Assembly (NCBI GenBank): GCA_013239625.1
Contig: MU053482.1
Coordinates: 4,415,775-4,479,774 of the forward strand
DNA: 64,000 nucleotides
Source: Lama guanicoe
Lineage: Eukaryota
Direction of reading: 5' to 3'
Shown here: piece after piece, positions 24,740 to 37,500 of the stretch
Layout of the letters: every line of letters begins with the position of its first letter
How positions within the stretch are numbered: position 1 is the stretch's first letter
Translations under genes and position numbers: made by a program
Notes under the pieces: model-generated
What the model was told of the DNA's origin: nothing
The model's input: the letters and a program-made list of their open reading frames with translations, nothing else
The model's database searches: none

Positions 24740-25140
24740 ATCTCAATGTTTCTAAGTCCTCCTCATCCCCAAGCCACTGACCAAGTTTAAGCATCATCTT
24801 TTACCTGGACCAGGGCAACAGCTTCCTAATTGGTCTCATTTATTCATCAAGTATCTATTGGGTACTAACTACATGCTAGACACTATTCTAGACCGTGGAG
24901 AAAAGTAGTGAACGGAAGAAACAAAACGGCTGGCTCTCGGGGAACTAACATTCCTGTGAACCTCATCGTCTAGTATCACTCCTTTATAGCCCAGCCTCAA
25001 TGTTAGCCAACAGAGAAATCTTTCAAAAACACAGGTCTGATCAAGGCCCTCCCAGGCTGGAAATCCTTCCCTGGTACCTCACTCCTAAGGATGAAATTCA
25101 AGCTTCATGGCCCACAAAACCCTTCCAGACTTAACCCCAC
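24740..25140. mobile_element. L2 fragments (sense pieces around an antisense 3' end at about 24836-24955)
   Basis: ACCTGGACCAGGGCAACAGCTTCCTAATTGGTCTC (sense); CATTTATTCATCAAGTATCTATTGGGTAC (antisense tail). Confidence 0.7.
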
Positions 25141-25779
25141 CAAACCATGCAGCTTCATTCATCTTCACCTCCTCCCTGCCCCCAGCATCATTTATGGTGA
25201 AAATAACTTGAAAGAAACAACAGCAAGCATCACTTGGTGCACCTGGAACTTGCGGGCAGAAGGACCAGCAGGTGTGCCCAGCCCCCTGTCCTCTCGGCAT
25301 CCTGCAGAGAGGGATGTTTAGGCTGCAGCTCAGCTGTGCATACAGCAGGTCATCAGCGGGCTCTACCCCTTGCTGTGTTTCATTTGTAAGGAGCAAATCT
25401 GAAAGTGGCTTTGCTCCAGGAAGGGGAATAAAGGATAAACCTTTGGGACTCAGACACCAAAAGATACAGGCTGAAGTGCCAGGTGTACGAGGACTGTTGG
25501 GAGATGCCAGCTCTGAGCACCTGGAGACCCTGGGAGCCCCCATTCCATGGGAGATTGAATTCAGTCAGGCACAGCTAACTCTGACAGAGGAGAGAGTAAA
25601 GCTTATTCAGGTTCTGTGGAACTTGCAGCCTCTTCTGGGATCAGAGAATCATCCATTCTAGCTACCCCCAATGCCAGGCAAACCAGAGAGAGCCCCTAGT
25701 GTTATTCATTTGTCAGTTCTCCCTGTCTCCAGCCACACCCTCAGCACAGCACATGGCCCCATCCAAAGCCCCAGATATG

Positions 25780-26480
25780 CCAAATTCTTCATTCCCCAAG
25801 CATGCCAAACACTCTGATGCCTCCATACCTCTACACATGTGCTCCCTGGTGTGGCACTTTGTCCCCTGTCTATCTGGAAAATGCTTTCTACAGATGTCAA
25901 AGAGAGCATATGACGAAAAGAGGTAGTTTATATCATCATTCAAAGCCTTAATTCTCTCCACTGAGACCTCTGATCACTCCCATACACACACACCAATTCA
26001 TACATTGGGTAGAATTAAATTTCCTCCCCCAGGAGTCCTGCTAAACTTTGCTTCTTGCCGTCTATTTCTCTACACACTATCTTCCCTCTGAATTATGAGC
26101 TTCTCAAATGTAGGGACCATGCCTGCCATCTCTATATTCTGCCTGCCACAGAGTAGGTAATCAGAGAATGTTTGTGGTAGATATTGAATTGGAGTAGACA
26201 CACCGAGCATCCTCCTGCCATGGAGCCTTAACACACGAGGTCCCCTCGGCCTGGGGATGCTCTTCCCACCATTCCAAATGGCTCCTTCCTGCTCTGTGGG
26301 TCTCAGCTTAAATTTCACCTCCCCATAGATCAATAAAAAATAAGTGATTTTCCACATGGCCCCCTGGTTTTTTCTCCATAGAATTTTCATAATTTATAAT
26401 GTTCGTGGTTAGCTCTCCTACTTGACCATAGGCTCCATGATACATAGAACTGTGTCTATTTTATTCACTACTGTATAATA
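25780..26480 (+). mobile_element. Two tandem L2 3' fragments
   Basis: ATGAGCTTCTCAAATGTAGGGACCATG...CTGCCACAGAGTAGG; GGCTCCATGATACATAGAACTGTGTCTATTTTATTCACT. Confidence 0.65.
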
Positions 26481-26609
26481 CAGTGATAAGGGGAGGGGTG
26501 AGGAAGGTAGCTTAATAAGTAATTGTTTTTTGTGAAGGAAGTGGATCTGGCCCAGAAAAAAGACAGGTTGATGAGTTTCTCTCTTCTGCCCAGCCCTGTA
26601 CCACTCCCA

Positions 26610-26950
26610 CAGCAGTGCTTCTCCACCTTGCTGCACACTGGAATTACCTGGGCAATTTTATTTCAGTATTTCTTTGCAGGGGGTAATTAGGTTATTTATT
26701 TATTTATATATTTATTTATTATTTTGGATGGAGATACTGGGGATTGAACCCAGGACCTTGTGCACACTGAGCACGCACTCTACCACTGAGCTATGCCCTC
26801 CCCACGCCTACCAACCTGGACAGTTTTAAGCATTACTGACACCTGGGTCCCATCACCAGACATTCTGATTCAATTATTAGGGGTATTGCATGAATGTGGC
26901 GAGGTGTGGATGCTGCCCTGTGCTTCTGATATAAGGGCTGGGAGTCACTG
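26610..26950. mobile_element. MER5-like hAT-Charlie element split by a SINE
   Basis: CAGTGCTTCTC...CACACTGGAATTACCTGGG | ...CCAGACATTCTGATTCAATT...GGGAGTCACTG with inverted ends. Confidence 0.7.
26661..26813 (-). mobile_element. tRNA-Ala-derived camelid SINE (vic-1 type)
   Basis: TACTGGGGATTGAACCCAGGACCTTGTGCA...CTCTACCACTGAGCTATGCCCTCCCC; 15-bp TSD ACCTGGGCAATTTTA 26646-26660 / ACCTGGACAGTTTTA 26814-26828. Confidence 0.92.
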
Positions 26951-27899
26951 CCCAACAGTGGGGCTTGGTCTCTTAGGTTTTTAATAGCCTCCTGGGGTCG
27001 TGATTGACAGCTCTGTCACCTGAGGTCATTGTTGTCACTTGACAGGAAGAAGAAGCCCACATCTCTTCTGGCCACCTAAGCACCATCACCTGATTTCCTC
27101 AGAACAGGAAACACATGAAACATAATAGGTTCTGATGCTCCACCAAGAGGTTCCCAGTGAGCAGATGGGATTGACTAGGCAGACTTGGCTTGTCACAGCC
27201 GTTCCTTTGAGACATGGCTAACAAAGCAAGATGGTCACCCAGCTGGAACTTTGTTTCTCCATCCTCATGATTTCTGTTCTCCCTGTGGGTGCCCTGTCTT
27301 AGGTCACCTGAGTTAAACAGCTCTTCAGCCAGGCTCTCCCCGGTTTTGAAAGGAAGAAGTTGGCTGCAAGTCTTGTGGTTTATTCTGCATATATTCCTCA
27401 TTGTTTCAGAATAAACATCTTTGAGTAGAGAAAAGTTGACATCAAGTCTATGTTTAGAAAGATATCTCTGACAACGGGATTTTTATTAGTAGTCTAACAT
27501 CTTCCAGTCCACAAACTTTTACAGCATTTCTTCCAAAACCCAATCACTGAGCTAGGGGCAGGAAATTTTAAAAAACTGAATAAGATGCAACCCCTCATCT
27601 CCATGAACTGGTGGGAGAAATAGGCTGGTAAAGAAATTACTGTAGACAAAGGTAAAAATATGAAGCCAAAGATGAGCCCAAGGTATCATGCGAGGTTAGG
27701 ACATGATTCCTGAACTCAGTCACAGAGGATGGCTGGGAGTTTGCTGGGTGCAGGTAGGGAGGACTTCCGAGGCAGAGGGGTCAATGTGAACAAAGGCTAG
27801 TTGAACAAAGACAAGAGAACAGAAACGACTGAGAGAGGAAGCTATATTAAGAAGAAGAAACCACAAGGTGTTGTGGGGCAGAGTGTATGGGAAAGGAGT

Positions 27900-28172
27900 C
27901 ACAATAGTGGGTGCTTATACAGTGCTTACAATGTGACTGGCACTAGTGTGTGTGTGTATGTGTGTGTACATTTGTTTTAGTTATCTATTTACTCACTTAA
28001 TTCTCATAGCAACCTAGTGGAATAAGATGATCATACCCATTTTACAGATGAGAAAACCAAGTCACAGGCAGTATTAGTAACTGCCCCAAATCACACAGCA
28101 AGTGGTAAAATTAGGATTTGTACCAAGGCAGGCTGGCTCTGGAGAATACACTCTTAACTGCCATATTCCACT
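27900..28172 (-). mobile_element. MIR SINE
   Basis: CCCATTTTACAGATGAGAAAACC...CACACAGCAAGTGG...GGATTTG...CACTCTTAAC. Confidence 0.85.
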
Positions 28173-28189
28173 ACCTTTGTGATAGATAA

Positions 28190-28660
28190 TTGGAATAAGT
28201 CATGCTTAAAGAGATTGGATGTTATCATGTAGGGCAAAGGCAGCCACTGAAGAATTTTACACAGAGAATGGGACTATTATACACACATAAAGACAGAATT
28301 GGGGGATGGGAAATTTGAGGGTAGGAGTAGCCATTGGAAGATTGGTAATAGGACAAGAGAATGAAAAGTCTGGACCAGGGCTATTGTACTAAGGGTGCAA
28401 AAGAGAAAATGAACTTGAGAAAAAAATTCTCGCTTTTGAAATAGTGGGACTTGGTAATTGATCAGAATTAGATATATAGGGTGGAGCCAAGAATGTTATT
28501 AGAGTTCTAATTTGAATGGAAAACAGAGTTTGGGGGTGGAAATGATAGTCAGTCTTGGACATGTTGAATTTGGGGTGTCTGCGGGCACCCAGCAGGGATG
28601 GAGGACAGATGGTTGGACGTATGGACACTTCCATGATGGCAGTGTGGTCAACAGCTTTGT
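28190..28660 (-). mobile_element. L2 fragment
   Basis: GCAGCCACTGAAGAATTTTA...GTCTTGGACATGTTGAATTTGGGGTGTCTG. Confidence 0.75.
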
Positions 28661-29506
28661 GTGAGCAGAAAGGAGGAGGAGGGTGAGAATACATGCTGCA
28701 GTAAGTCCCATAGTCTGCGTACCTCTCCACAAAATGTGTTGTCAATATCTATCATTTATCGACCTCTCCAAGGTACTGAAACATTATTTGGGGCTGACAT
28801 TCTATTTCTCTACAAGCAGGCAAAGTTAGATTTTCGCTTATCAAACTCTATTCATTATTCTAATTTAACTTCTCTGCAACCAGGGTTAGAAGCTGTTTTT
28901 AAGCGGAAAGTTATTCGGATCTGAAAGACACAATTGCTTCATTCTGTCGTGACAGGTCAATTTAAGAATGCAAGAGGCTGACAGCATAACTTCCAGGCTC
29001 GTTTCTGAGAGATGAAACTCATTCCAGAGGTTTGGGGCCTCTCAGGCAGTTTGCTGAAGTAGCAAAACTCTTTTGACTGCTGCTGTAGATTCAGGCCAGG
29101 GCACCTTAACCAAAGAAATAGCTCCCGAATACAAACTACCTCCTAGTGTTCTCTCTAGCTTTCTCCATTTCAGTGGAAGGCAGGAAAAGTGGCTTGTCTG
29201 ATTGCAGGAGACAGAGCTGTCCGTGTGCTCCATTCCCAAAGCCCACCCCAGGAAGCCACTTCCTTCTGAGCCTCCAATCAGTTCAGCCACTCCACCTCAT
29301 CTCTGTCCTTCGCACTGTTGGTCCCCACTCATCGCACCAGGAATACAAACCAACAGTAATCCTGCCACTGAAAACCATGGTATCTCACCTTGTACCACAA
29401 AACTTGGTCATCGGTTCAGCCTGACATACTCCTCCGCTATCTTTATTTTTAAACAGATGGAAGAAATCTCAAGGTGGTGGGAAAAGGTAACATTCTAGCC
29501 AGTGGA

Positions 29507-29800
29507 TGTTACAATGACAGCTAACTGTCTATACAATAACTACTCTCCCTTCCTATTCTGTAGGGAGCAGCAAAACGCCCAGCTAGCGGACTGGAGGGGT
29601 CTCAATGGCAAGGGGCCATGGTTTCTGACTCAGCTGAGAGTAAACATCTTTTGTCCCTTTACCCTCTCTCTTCTTCCTGTTGGTATGCTGACATGGCAGC
29701 TGGAGCTCCTCTGCCCCAGCCGCTGACCTCCAGGCTTCTTTTACAAGTCAAATATGTGTTTAAGCCACTGTGTTTGAGTTTGGTTTCCTAGCAGCTCTGC
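29507..29800 (+). mobile_element. Old MaLR LTR (MLT1J-like) fragment
   Basis: ACTCTCCCTTCC...GCTGGAGCTCC...TGTTTAAGCCACTG. Confidence 0.5.
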
Positions 29801-30309
29801 AGCTATGAGTGCCTTGAGACAGTGGAAAACAAGGAGACCTAGAACAGCCTTCCCCAGCCTTGGCAGATGTGCCTTTGGGAACAGCCATCAAGAGCACTGC
29901 ATTGAAATGACCATTATGTGACCATCTTCCACCCTAAGTAGTGAATCCCTTGAAGGCAAACACTAAGACTTATTCACAATTACGGAGCAGCACCTCGCAT
30001 GGTGAGAAGTCTACAAATGTCTGCTGGATGAACAAGTGGAAACCGCACCAGGGTCTCATGTTAATGACTGAGTCCCTGGAATTGGCTGATTGATGAAGCT
30101 GGACACCATCAGCCTCATCTGTAGGATGCTGCCACTGATGTCAAAATGCAATCTGCATCTAGCCCGCTGTCTCCATGCAGTGGTTGTTGAATCAATACCT
30201 CCTTGGGGTGAGAAGAAACCCTTCCTGGGCATTAAAATATTCCACCCTGGTTAGTCACTCAACAAAAAAAGCAGTATGTATCTTTACAGACTAGTCCACC
30301 TGCTTCACT

Positions 30310-30500
30310 AAATTTTTGAGGATCTTCTAGGACTTGATAAATCATCTTAACATCTGCTGGGTGAGTGAAATGTCTTCATTGCCCCCATTTACTGGTGAGA
30401 AGCCTGAGGTCCAGAGGGAGACATGACTTGCCCAAGGTCACGTGCCATTCCAGGTAAGGCAGGGATGTGAACCCAGCTCTGCCCACACTATTCCTAGTCA
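30310..30500 (-). mobile_element. MIR SINE
   Basis: CTGAGGTCCAGAGGGAGACATGACTTGCCCAAGGTCAC. Confidence 0.75.
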
Positions 30501-31319
30501 CCTGGCTGCCTTTCTACTTCAGAGTAGTGTAGATCTAAGGCTGAGATGTTCTCAGTTCCAAAAGGGAAAACGTGGTACCCTGAAAAAGACCTATGCTTCC
30601 CACCCTAAAATTTCTAGGCTCTTCCAGACCCAAGTGGAGAACAGAGGTGGGGAGGGAAGGAGGCCATGAGCCGCTGGCAGTCTGGAGCCCCAGAGTCCCT
30701 CCTAAGACCTGGAAACATGTACAATTGCCTAAATTAAAATCAATATGCTGCTTGACTGGAAGGCTGCGCAATTGTTTTTGAAGCTGGGAATATTATATTC
30801 TAAATGTTTAATCTGGCAGAGGCCATAAAAGACGAGTTCCAGGCCATTTGGAGCTTATATTGCGAACAAGATGGTTTGGGAGGCAACTAAAACCAAAAAA
30901 CGAAAAAAAGAAGAAAAAAAGTGACAGCGATCCCAACAGAGTGGCACAGACAAATTGCTCTGGTTCAGACACGGATGTAGGCAGCAATTTGGGATGAAAG
31001 AAACTCCTTTATTGACTGGAGAAAGGCAGTGATAAAAAAAACAAGATGGTCGGCTCGCTTCCAAAGGCTTGGGGAGGCTTTCCTGAGACAGCAAGAAAAA
31101 TCAATACACCCAAGGTAGACATGTTGATTCGTGGCGCCAGACAGTCAAGAAAGGCAATCCTACCCTCCAGATATTAAGAGATGACCATTTAGCACGTATG
31201 AGTCTGATGCACTGCATGCCCCAGAGGGCAAATCCCCCCAGCCTGAAGCCTGCAGCTGAAATGAGCACATACATATTCCCAGCCAGGGACTCTCCTGTTG
31301 AAGGCTTCTCAGCTGGGGG

Positions 31320-31558
31320 AAAGTATAGCAGGGCGGCTAAGTGCTCAGGCCTGTGTCAGAGATGTCAACTCAAATTCTAGCTTTTTCATCGGCTCAGCAC
31401 CTGCCTCTTGGTCATCTGTCTACAGCTCTGTCTCCTCATTGAGCCTACTCCTCACTGAAATAGAAGGAGTGGTGGTCTGCAAGCATTGTGAGAATTAAAT
31501 GAGATTGTTGGCACTGTCACTGGTAAAGAGCAAGGGCTGAATAAATGTGAGCTGTTTG
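31320..31558 (+). mobile_element. MIR SINE
   Basis: GGCTAAGTGCTCAGGC...TTGTGAGAATTAAATGAGA...AATAAATGTGAGCT. Confidence 0.75.
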
Positions 31559-31854
31559 TATGAAGTTTTTCAGTGTGTAGAAGAGCATGGACCAGGCAGA
31601 GCAATATTTGAATGCCAGGGAAGGTCACAACCTGGCTTCTCCTTTCTATACTGCTGAATTAGGTACATTTTTGGCAATGGACAGTGTCCAGCAACTCTCA
31701 TTTACTCTTATGCCAAGGGAATGGCATGAGGGCTTCAGAGTAGGGCAAAACTTGTGCTTTGAAACAAGTTCACTTGAAGTGTACCCAGGGTTTATCAGGT
31801 TGAACTCTCCTTCTGGAAATATCCTCAGGGGATGAAGACCATCACAGATTGTAC

Positions 31855-32040
31855 CCTTATTACATGCCAGACACTATATCAAACATTTCACAGCTGTTTA
31901 CACTGAGGTCTCACAACTCTGTGAACTAACTGAGGCACAGAGAGGGTAGGAAATTTGCCCACAGTCACACAGCAGCCTTGGAAGGAGACAGAAACCAAAT
32001 TTGGATTTCAAAATCCAGTATTTGTTCCACTACATCACAG
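31855..32040 (-). mobile_element. MIR SINE
   Basis: AACTGAGGCACAGAGAGGGTAGGAAATTTGCCCACAGTCACACAGC. Confidence 0.75.
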
Positions 32041-32282
32041 CTGTGCCTTTATTTATAAACATAAATAAGATGGCAAAGGAAATGTCTAGCTTGCTTAAGA
32101 AAGCCAACAGTTTTAAGAGTCTATAAAATTAATTTAACCCATCTGTCTACAGAAACTTATTGCATTAATTAAAATTGTTGTTACCTGTTCAGTTAAAAAA
32201 GAACAAATATGCAAAATTGCTACTTGTAATATGGTATTATGCCATAGTGCACATCACCTAGTTTTTTTCACTGGCAGACATC

Positions 32283-32542
32283 ACAGTGGAGTAGAAAATA
32301 TGGGGGCTTTGAAGTCAAAGAAAAGGGTTCAAATCCTGGCTCTACCATGCGCCAGTTCTGTGGCCTTGGACAAGCTCCTTAACTTCATGGAACCTCAGTT
32401 TTCTCCTACGTAAAAGATAGTTATTAGTACCAATTTCGGGGTTACTTGGAGGATTAAATGAGATAATGTACCTAATTAGATAAGGCATCTAATACGATGC
32501 CTAGTACCTAGCAGATTCTAAATAATGGGAAGCCATTATTAT
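32283..32542 (+). mobile_element. MIR SINE, near full length
   Basis: GGGTTCAAATCCTGGCTCTACCA...CCTTGGACAAG...CCTCAGTTTTCTC...GGATTAAATGAGATAATGTA. Confidence 0.9.
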
Positions 32543-32619
32543 TCCTAAGAAATAACAATCCCCCAGTTCAGACATAGCACTAGTTCAAATAAGCAAGCTC
32601 CACTGAACACAGCCTCCCG

Positions 32620-34130
32620 ATAAGCCAGAAATTCCACTTCCAGGAATCCAGCTGAAGATGAGATAATGCTCACATCTGCAGGGAAAGATGTGTGTGTGGG
32701 TGATGATATTAATTACAGATTGCTTATAAAAGTGGGAAAATGGGAAACAACCTATATATGTATCAAAAAAAGGAATGATTAAACAAATTATGATTTATCT
32801 ATACTGTATAAGGGCAAACTTTTTCTATAAAGAGCCATAAAGTAAATATTTTTAGCCTTTGTACATCTATGTCACAACTACTCAGCTCTGTAATTAAAGC
32901 ACTAAATTAGCCATAGATAATATGTAAAAGAAAAGACATGGTTATGTCTTTTTAAAAAATCACTTTATTTACAAAAACATATGGAAGGCCAGATTTGACC
33001 TCAGTGTTTTCTGACCTCTGATGTGTACGATTGAATACTCTACAACCATTAAAAAAATTAAGTAGACCTGCATGTATTTAGACAGAAAGATATTCACCAT
33101 GACTCCTACAAATCATAAGAAAAAGATAAAAAATGCCATAAAAACTGGGGAAAGAATACGAACAGGCAATTCATAAATGAGGGAGTTCAAGTAGCCTGTT
33201 TGAAAAGTTGTTCAACCATCTAATTGATTACCTTTTCCAAATGCAAACTAAAATAAGAAGATTCTCTTTTTCACTCACCAGCTCTGCAAAAATCAAAACA
33301 CTGACAAAGTCAAGTGTTGATGATACTATAGAGAAAAGAGTGCTCTCAGACACCTTCGTGAGACATGTAATAAGGACAATCACTTTGGAAGGTTCTTTGA
33401 CAGTCTATTAAAACTGCAAACATGCATCTATCCCATAATCCAGCATTTCTTCTTCCTAGGTCTCTGCCCCCAGGGAACCACCTTCACATGCGTGCAAGAA
33501 GACTGGATAAGAAAACTAGCTGAAACATTAGAATAGCAAGAAATCAAAAATGATCTAAAGGTCCATCAATAATGGAATGGATAAATCTAATGCAATACAC
33601 TCATGTGACAGAATGCAATTCAACAGTTAAGAGGCAAAAACCAAATCTACGGTCATAAATGTAGGTAGGTCTCAGCAACACAATGCCAAGGTTCAGAACA
33701 ATCCTTGCAGTAGGACCCAAGTTGTGTAAGCACATGGTCACAAACAACAAACAATACCACACACATTTACCGCAGGTACATGTAAACTTGTATTTAAGAT
33801 CTGGAGAGAGACATACTAAACTCAAACAGTAATTATCTCAAGGCATAGGGGCAAAGACCAGGATGAAGAGTGGTGGCCAAAGAAGACTTTAGCTTTACCT
33901 ATAAGTGCCAACTTTTTAAAAAAGAATGTATCTATGTATTCTTCTATAATTAAAATAAATTTAACCAAAAAAGATGTTATGACATTAAATGAATAATCAA
34001 ATTATAAAACCATATATATCGTATGATAGCATTTTATTTTTTTAAGTATTATATATTGCTTTTGTGTGTGTTTGTGTGACTGTCTATTTGTTTGGAAAGG
34101 TATACACCAAATAGTTAACAGGACTTCATG
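32620..34130 (+). mobile_element. Old L1 (L1ME/L1MC-like) 3' fragments
   Basis: AATTCCACTTCCAGGAAT, GAACAGGCAATTCATA, GTCCATCAATAATGGAATGGATAAA. Confidence 0.65.
32803..33020 (+). mobile_element. MER58A-like hAT-Charlie element
   Basis: GGCAAACTTTTTCTATAAAGAGCCA...CACAACTACTCAGCTCTG...CTTTATTTACAAAAACA...GGCCAGATTTGACC. Confidence 0.85.
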
Positions 34131-34166
34131 GTTGTGGAATAGGAACTGGGATGTGGGGAAGAAGAA

Positions 34167-34570
34167 TGTATTAGTCGTTTTGCTCAGGCTGCTCTAACAA
34201 AACACCACAGACTGAGTGGCTTAAACAACAGAGATGTATTTGTCCCAGTTCTGGAGGCTGGAAGTCCAAGATCCAGGTGCCAGCAAATATGGTTCCTGGT
34301 GAGAGCCCTCTTCCTGACTTGCTGAAGGCTGTCTTTCTGCTGTGTTCTAACATGGGCTTCTCCTCAGTGTGTGTCCCTCGAGGGAGAGGGGAGACAGGCA
34401 GAAGGATGGAACTCCAAGGACACTAATCCTATCTGATTATCTGGCCCCACCCTCATGATCTCATTTTAAACTTAATTAAGCTTGGAGGCCTATCTCCAAA
34501 TCCAGCTACAGTGAGGGTTGGGGCGCCAACGTATGAATTGTGAGGGAACACAAACATTCAGTCCATAACA
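34167..34570 (-). mobile_element. MaLR solo LTR (MLT1A-like)
   Basis: TGTATTAGTC...AGTTCTGGAGGCTGGAAGTCCAAGATC...ATTCAGTCCATAACA. Confidence 0.9.
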
Positions 34571-34629
34571 GTTACTTCCCCTCTACTGATGAACGGATGG
34601 TGTGGAAACCATACTGCAGGTGGACAGGA

Positions 34630-34925
34630 TAGTTCTAACCCCAGATGTGCCACTTCAGAGCTGCAGGGCCATGGGAATGTCAATCTCAGTTTCTTCATCT
34701 GAAAAATCAGGATCATAGCATTATCTAATATGGTGCTCACTACGTGCCAGGGACTTACATAAGTGCTTTATCTATATTACGTCATTTAACCCCCACTTCA
34801 GCCTTATGAGGTGGGATCATATCCCCATTTTAGAGATGGGGAAACTGAGGTGCGTTGAAACTGATATTCAGTGATTTACTCAAGTCACAACACTAGAACG
34901 TGGCAGAGCTGGCTCCAGAGTTTAC
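34630..34925. mobile_element. Two MIR fragments in opposite orientation
   Basis: CTCAGTTTCTTCATCTGAAAAAT (sense) then CCCCATTTTAGAGATGGGGAAACTGAGG (antisense). Confidence 0.75.
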
Positions 34926-35059
34926 AACCTGAAGTCAGAACCAGTACCTGTTAAGTGTAAGGGATTGCTGTTTTCACTTTATATAACATGTACAAATCTG
35001 TATAAACTTTCTAATCCTTGAACTTTATAATTTAGAATATATGTGTGCACTGTCTATGG

Positions 35060-35494
35060 AGTGTTAGTTTCCTGTTGCTGCTGTAACAAATTGCCACAAA
35101 CTTAGTGCTTAAAATAAGAAAAATTTATTTCCTACCGTTATGCAGGTCAGAAGGTCACCACAAGGTGGTGGCAGGGCTGTATCCCTCCTGGGGGCTTTAG
35201 AGGAGAATCCGTTTCCAGCTTCTAGAGGCCACCCACATTCCTGACCCAAGGTCTCTTTCCCCATCTTCAAAGTGCATCATTCCAACCTCTGGTTCTGTCA
35301 CATCTCCTTTTTCTGACTCTGACTCCTGTATCCCTCTTGTGATGAGTTTGTCATTACGCTGAGTCCACCCAGGTAATCCAAGACCTCTCTACCTCAAGAC
35401 CCTTAAAATAAACACCTGCCACGTAAGGTTACATATTCACAAATGCCAGAGATTAGTATGTGATCATCTTTGGGGGCCATTATTCCATCTCACA
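35060..35494 (-). mobile_element. MaLR solo LTR (MLT1C/D-like)
   Basis: GTGTTAGTTTCCTGTTGCTGCTGTAACAAATTGCCACAAACTTAGTG...CATCTTTGGGGGCCATTATTC. Confidence 0.88.
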
Positions 35495-37304
35495 TATATA
35501 TTACGTGTGTGTAGGTAAATTTACATTCTGTCTAATATGTATTCTGTCAAATATATGTATATTAGACAGAATATATATACCTACACGCATGTAATTTAAT
35601 GGAGGATATCAGACCTGTTAAACACACACATGTTATATAATACATACTGATTAACAGCACATTTGCCTTCATAGCACTTTAGACAGAAACTGTCTTTCCA
35701 CATATACACTTTTTTTAATAGAAGAAATCTGAGCTCAAGAAAAGAGAATCTGGCTGAACGCCCTGCCCAGGAAAGTGGCGGCCCAGGGAAGTCGGGTCTC
35801 ATGTCTGCCCACGTGGTTGGGAATCACTGATGAAGCCTAACACAGCAAGTCAGAAAAAAAAATGGTGACTCCCTGGACACACAAGTCCCCTGGGCCCCAC
35901 AGCAGTGCAGATATTTGATTTGGGACAATAGGTGTCCACCTTCACCAGCAGGTCAGGCAATCCGATCCAGAAAGAATCAAAGGGCTTGTCCAAACTGGTC
36001 CTAGGGCTGGGTCTGCACCAGTTCTGACACAGCTCTCTGACACCTCCTTGCTCAGGCTGTGGCAATGTCTCCTAAAATAGCTTCTCTCTCACCATCCTAA
36101 GCACTAAACTGTCTGCTCCGGGAAAGAAGAAAGCCTCGCCGTTTCTTCGAAAAATCCTTGCATCTGGTGTTCGGCAGTAAGAGCCTCAATGGTGCCACTA
36201 AGTTGATTCTGTTTCTTCTTGAAAACACTCCGCACACAGCTCCATGCATGTTAATTTCCAATCAGCAACGCTTTGTCAAGGTAGCCGTGGTGCCGCGGAG
36301 CGACGAGTCTCGGCAGCTGCTGTGCAGACCCTCAGTTACCTCCCAGCTGAGCCTGTTTCAAGGGACCATCCACAGTTCTGAGGCACACAGGCTCCCGCCC
36401 CGGCTCCCTGCTGCGTTGCCTGAACTGACCCAGCTCCTGCCATGTGTGAGCCCCTCCAGGATATTCCTGTGCTTTGACTTTTGGTCTCTGCCAGACTCTT
36501 CTGAAGAAATTTGGTAGACTGATAAACACAGTCAACTCGTGATCTATCAGTCCGGCTGCACTAGGTGAATCCAGGCCACAACAGGAGGCCACAGAGGATG
36601 GCTCAGAAGCCCGAGAAGCTGATCTCCCGGCACACCCTGCTGCTGCCAACTGGCCGATAGATGGGCAGGTGAGCCCCAAGTATCATATGGGGTGTGAGCC
36701 TTGAGCAGACCAATACAGTGCCCCTGTCACTAACCCTGTCACCACACCTTGAGCTAGCCACTTCTATTTACTGAGTCTGAATTTCCTTACTAGACAGGTT
36801 TATGGGGCAATTAACATCCCTGGTAACAGCCCATGGCACTGTCACTTGCATTTATTATAGATCATCATTAAGATTTCTTCCAGCTCAAAGAATCGACAAC
36901 ATTTTATTGATGTAGATCTGAATTATGCATGAGGCAAAAATGAACCCAGACCATGATTTTTTTTTTAGATCAAAATTAATTCAAAATGAAAAGGGTGTCA
37001 TTTTCAGGGTTGGTCAAGAATGTGATTGTTTAAACATGTCTTCCATTCCTTCCTTCTTACACAAATCTTTAAAAGGAAATGGGTGTTGAAAACGGACAAA
37101 CGGTGTGTTTTATCTGAAGCCAACTTGGAATTCCTGTCTTGTAAAACATAACACACCTCTGGATACTAAAAGCCATGTGACTGAGGGTTTTTTCTTCTTC
37201 ATTTTAAATATGATTTATATCCATCAAATGTAACAAATTTTCACAGGGCCCAAGACATAGCTGCACAGAAAAGGGAAGGAAGGGCCATGCATTGAGAAAA
37301 GGAA

Positions 37305-37500
37305 GATTATCTATTGAACAGTATTACATGTCAGGTGCTGTATCAGACCTTCCCCATGAGACAGATGTTACCCTGAAATCCCAAACGAGGAAACACACTC
37401 AGAGATGTTATGTAAGTGGCCCAGGTCACACAGCTAATTCTGCAGATTTGGGATTCATAATCTGTCTCTAAATTTCATCTATTCTTTTTATACCACACTG
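37305..37500 (-). mobile_element. MIR SINE relic
   Basis: GAGGAAACACACTCAGAGATGTTATGTAAGTGGCCCAGGTCACACAGCTAA. Confidence 0.7.

Noticed and set aside
29213..29231. REST/RE1-like site on the minus strand (GGAGCACACGGACAGCTCT)
   Set aside because: Left half is imperfect and the spacing is one base short of canonical.
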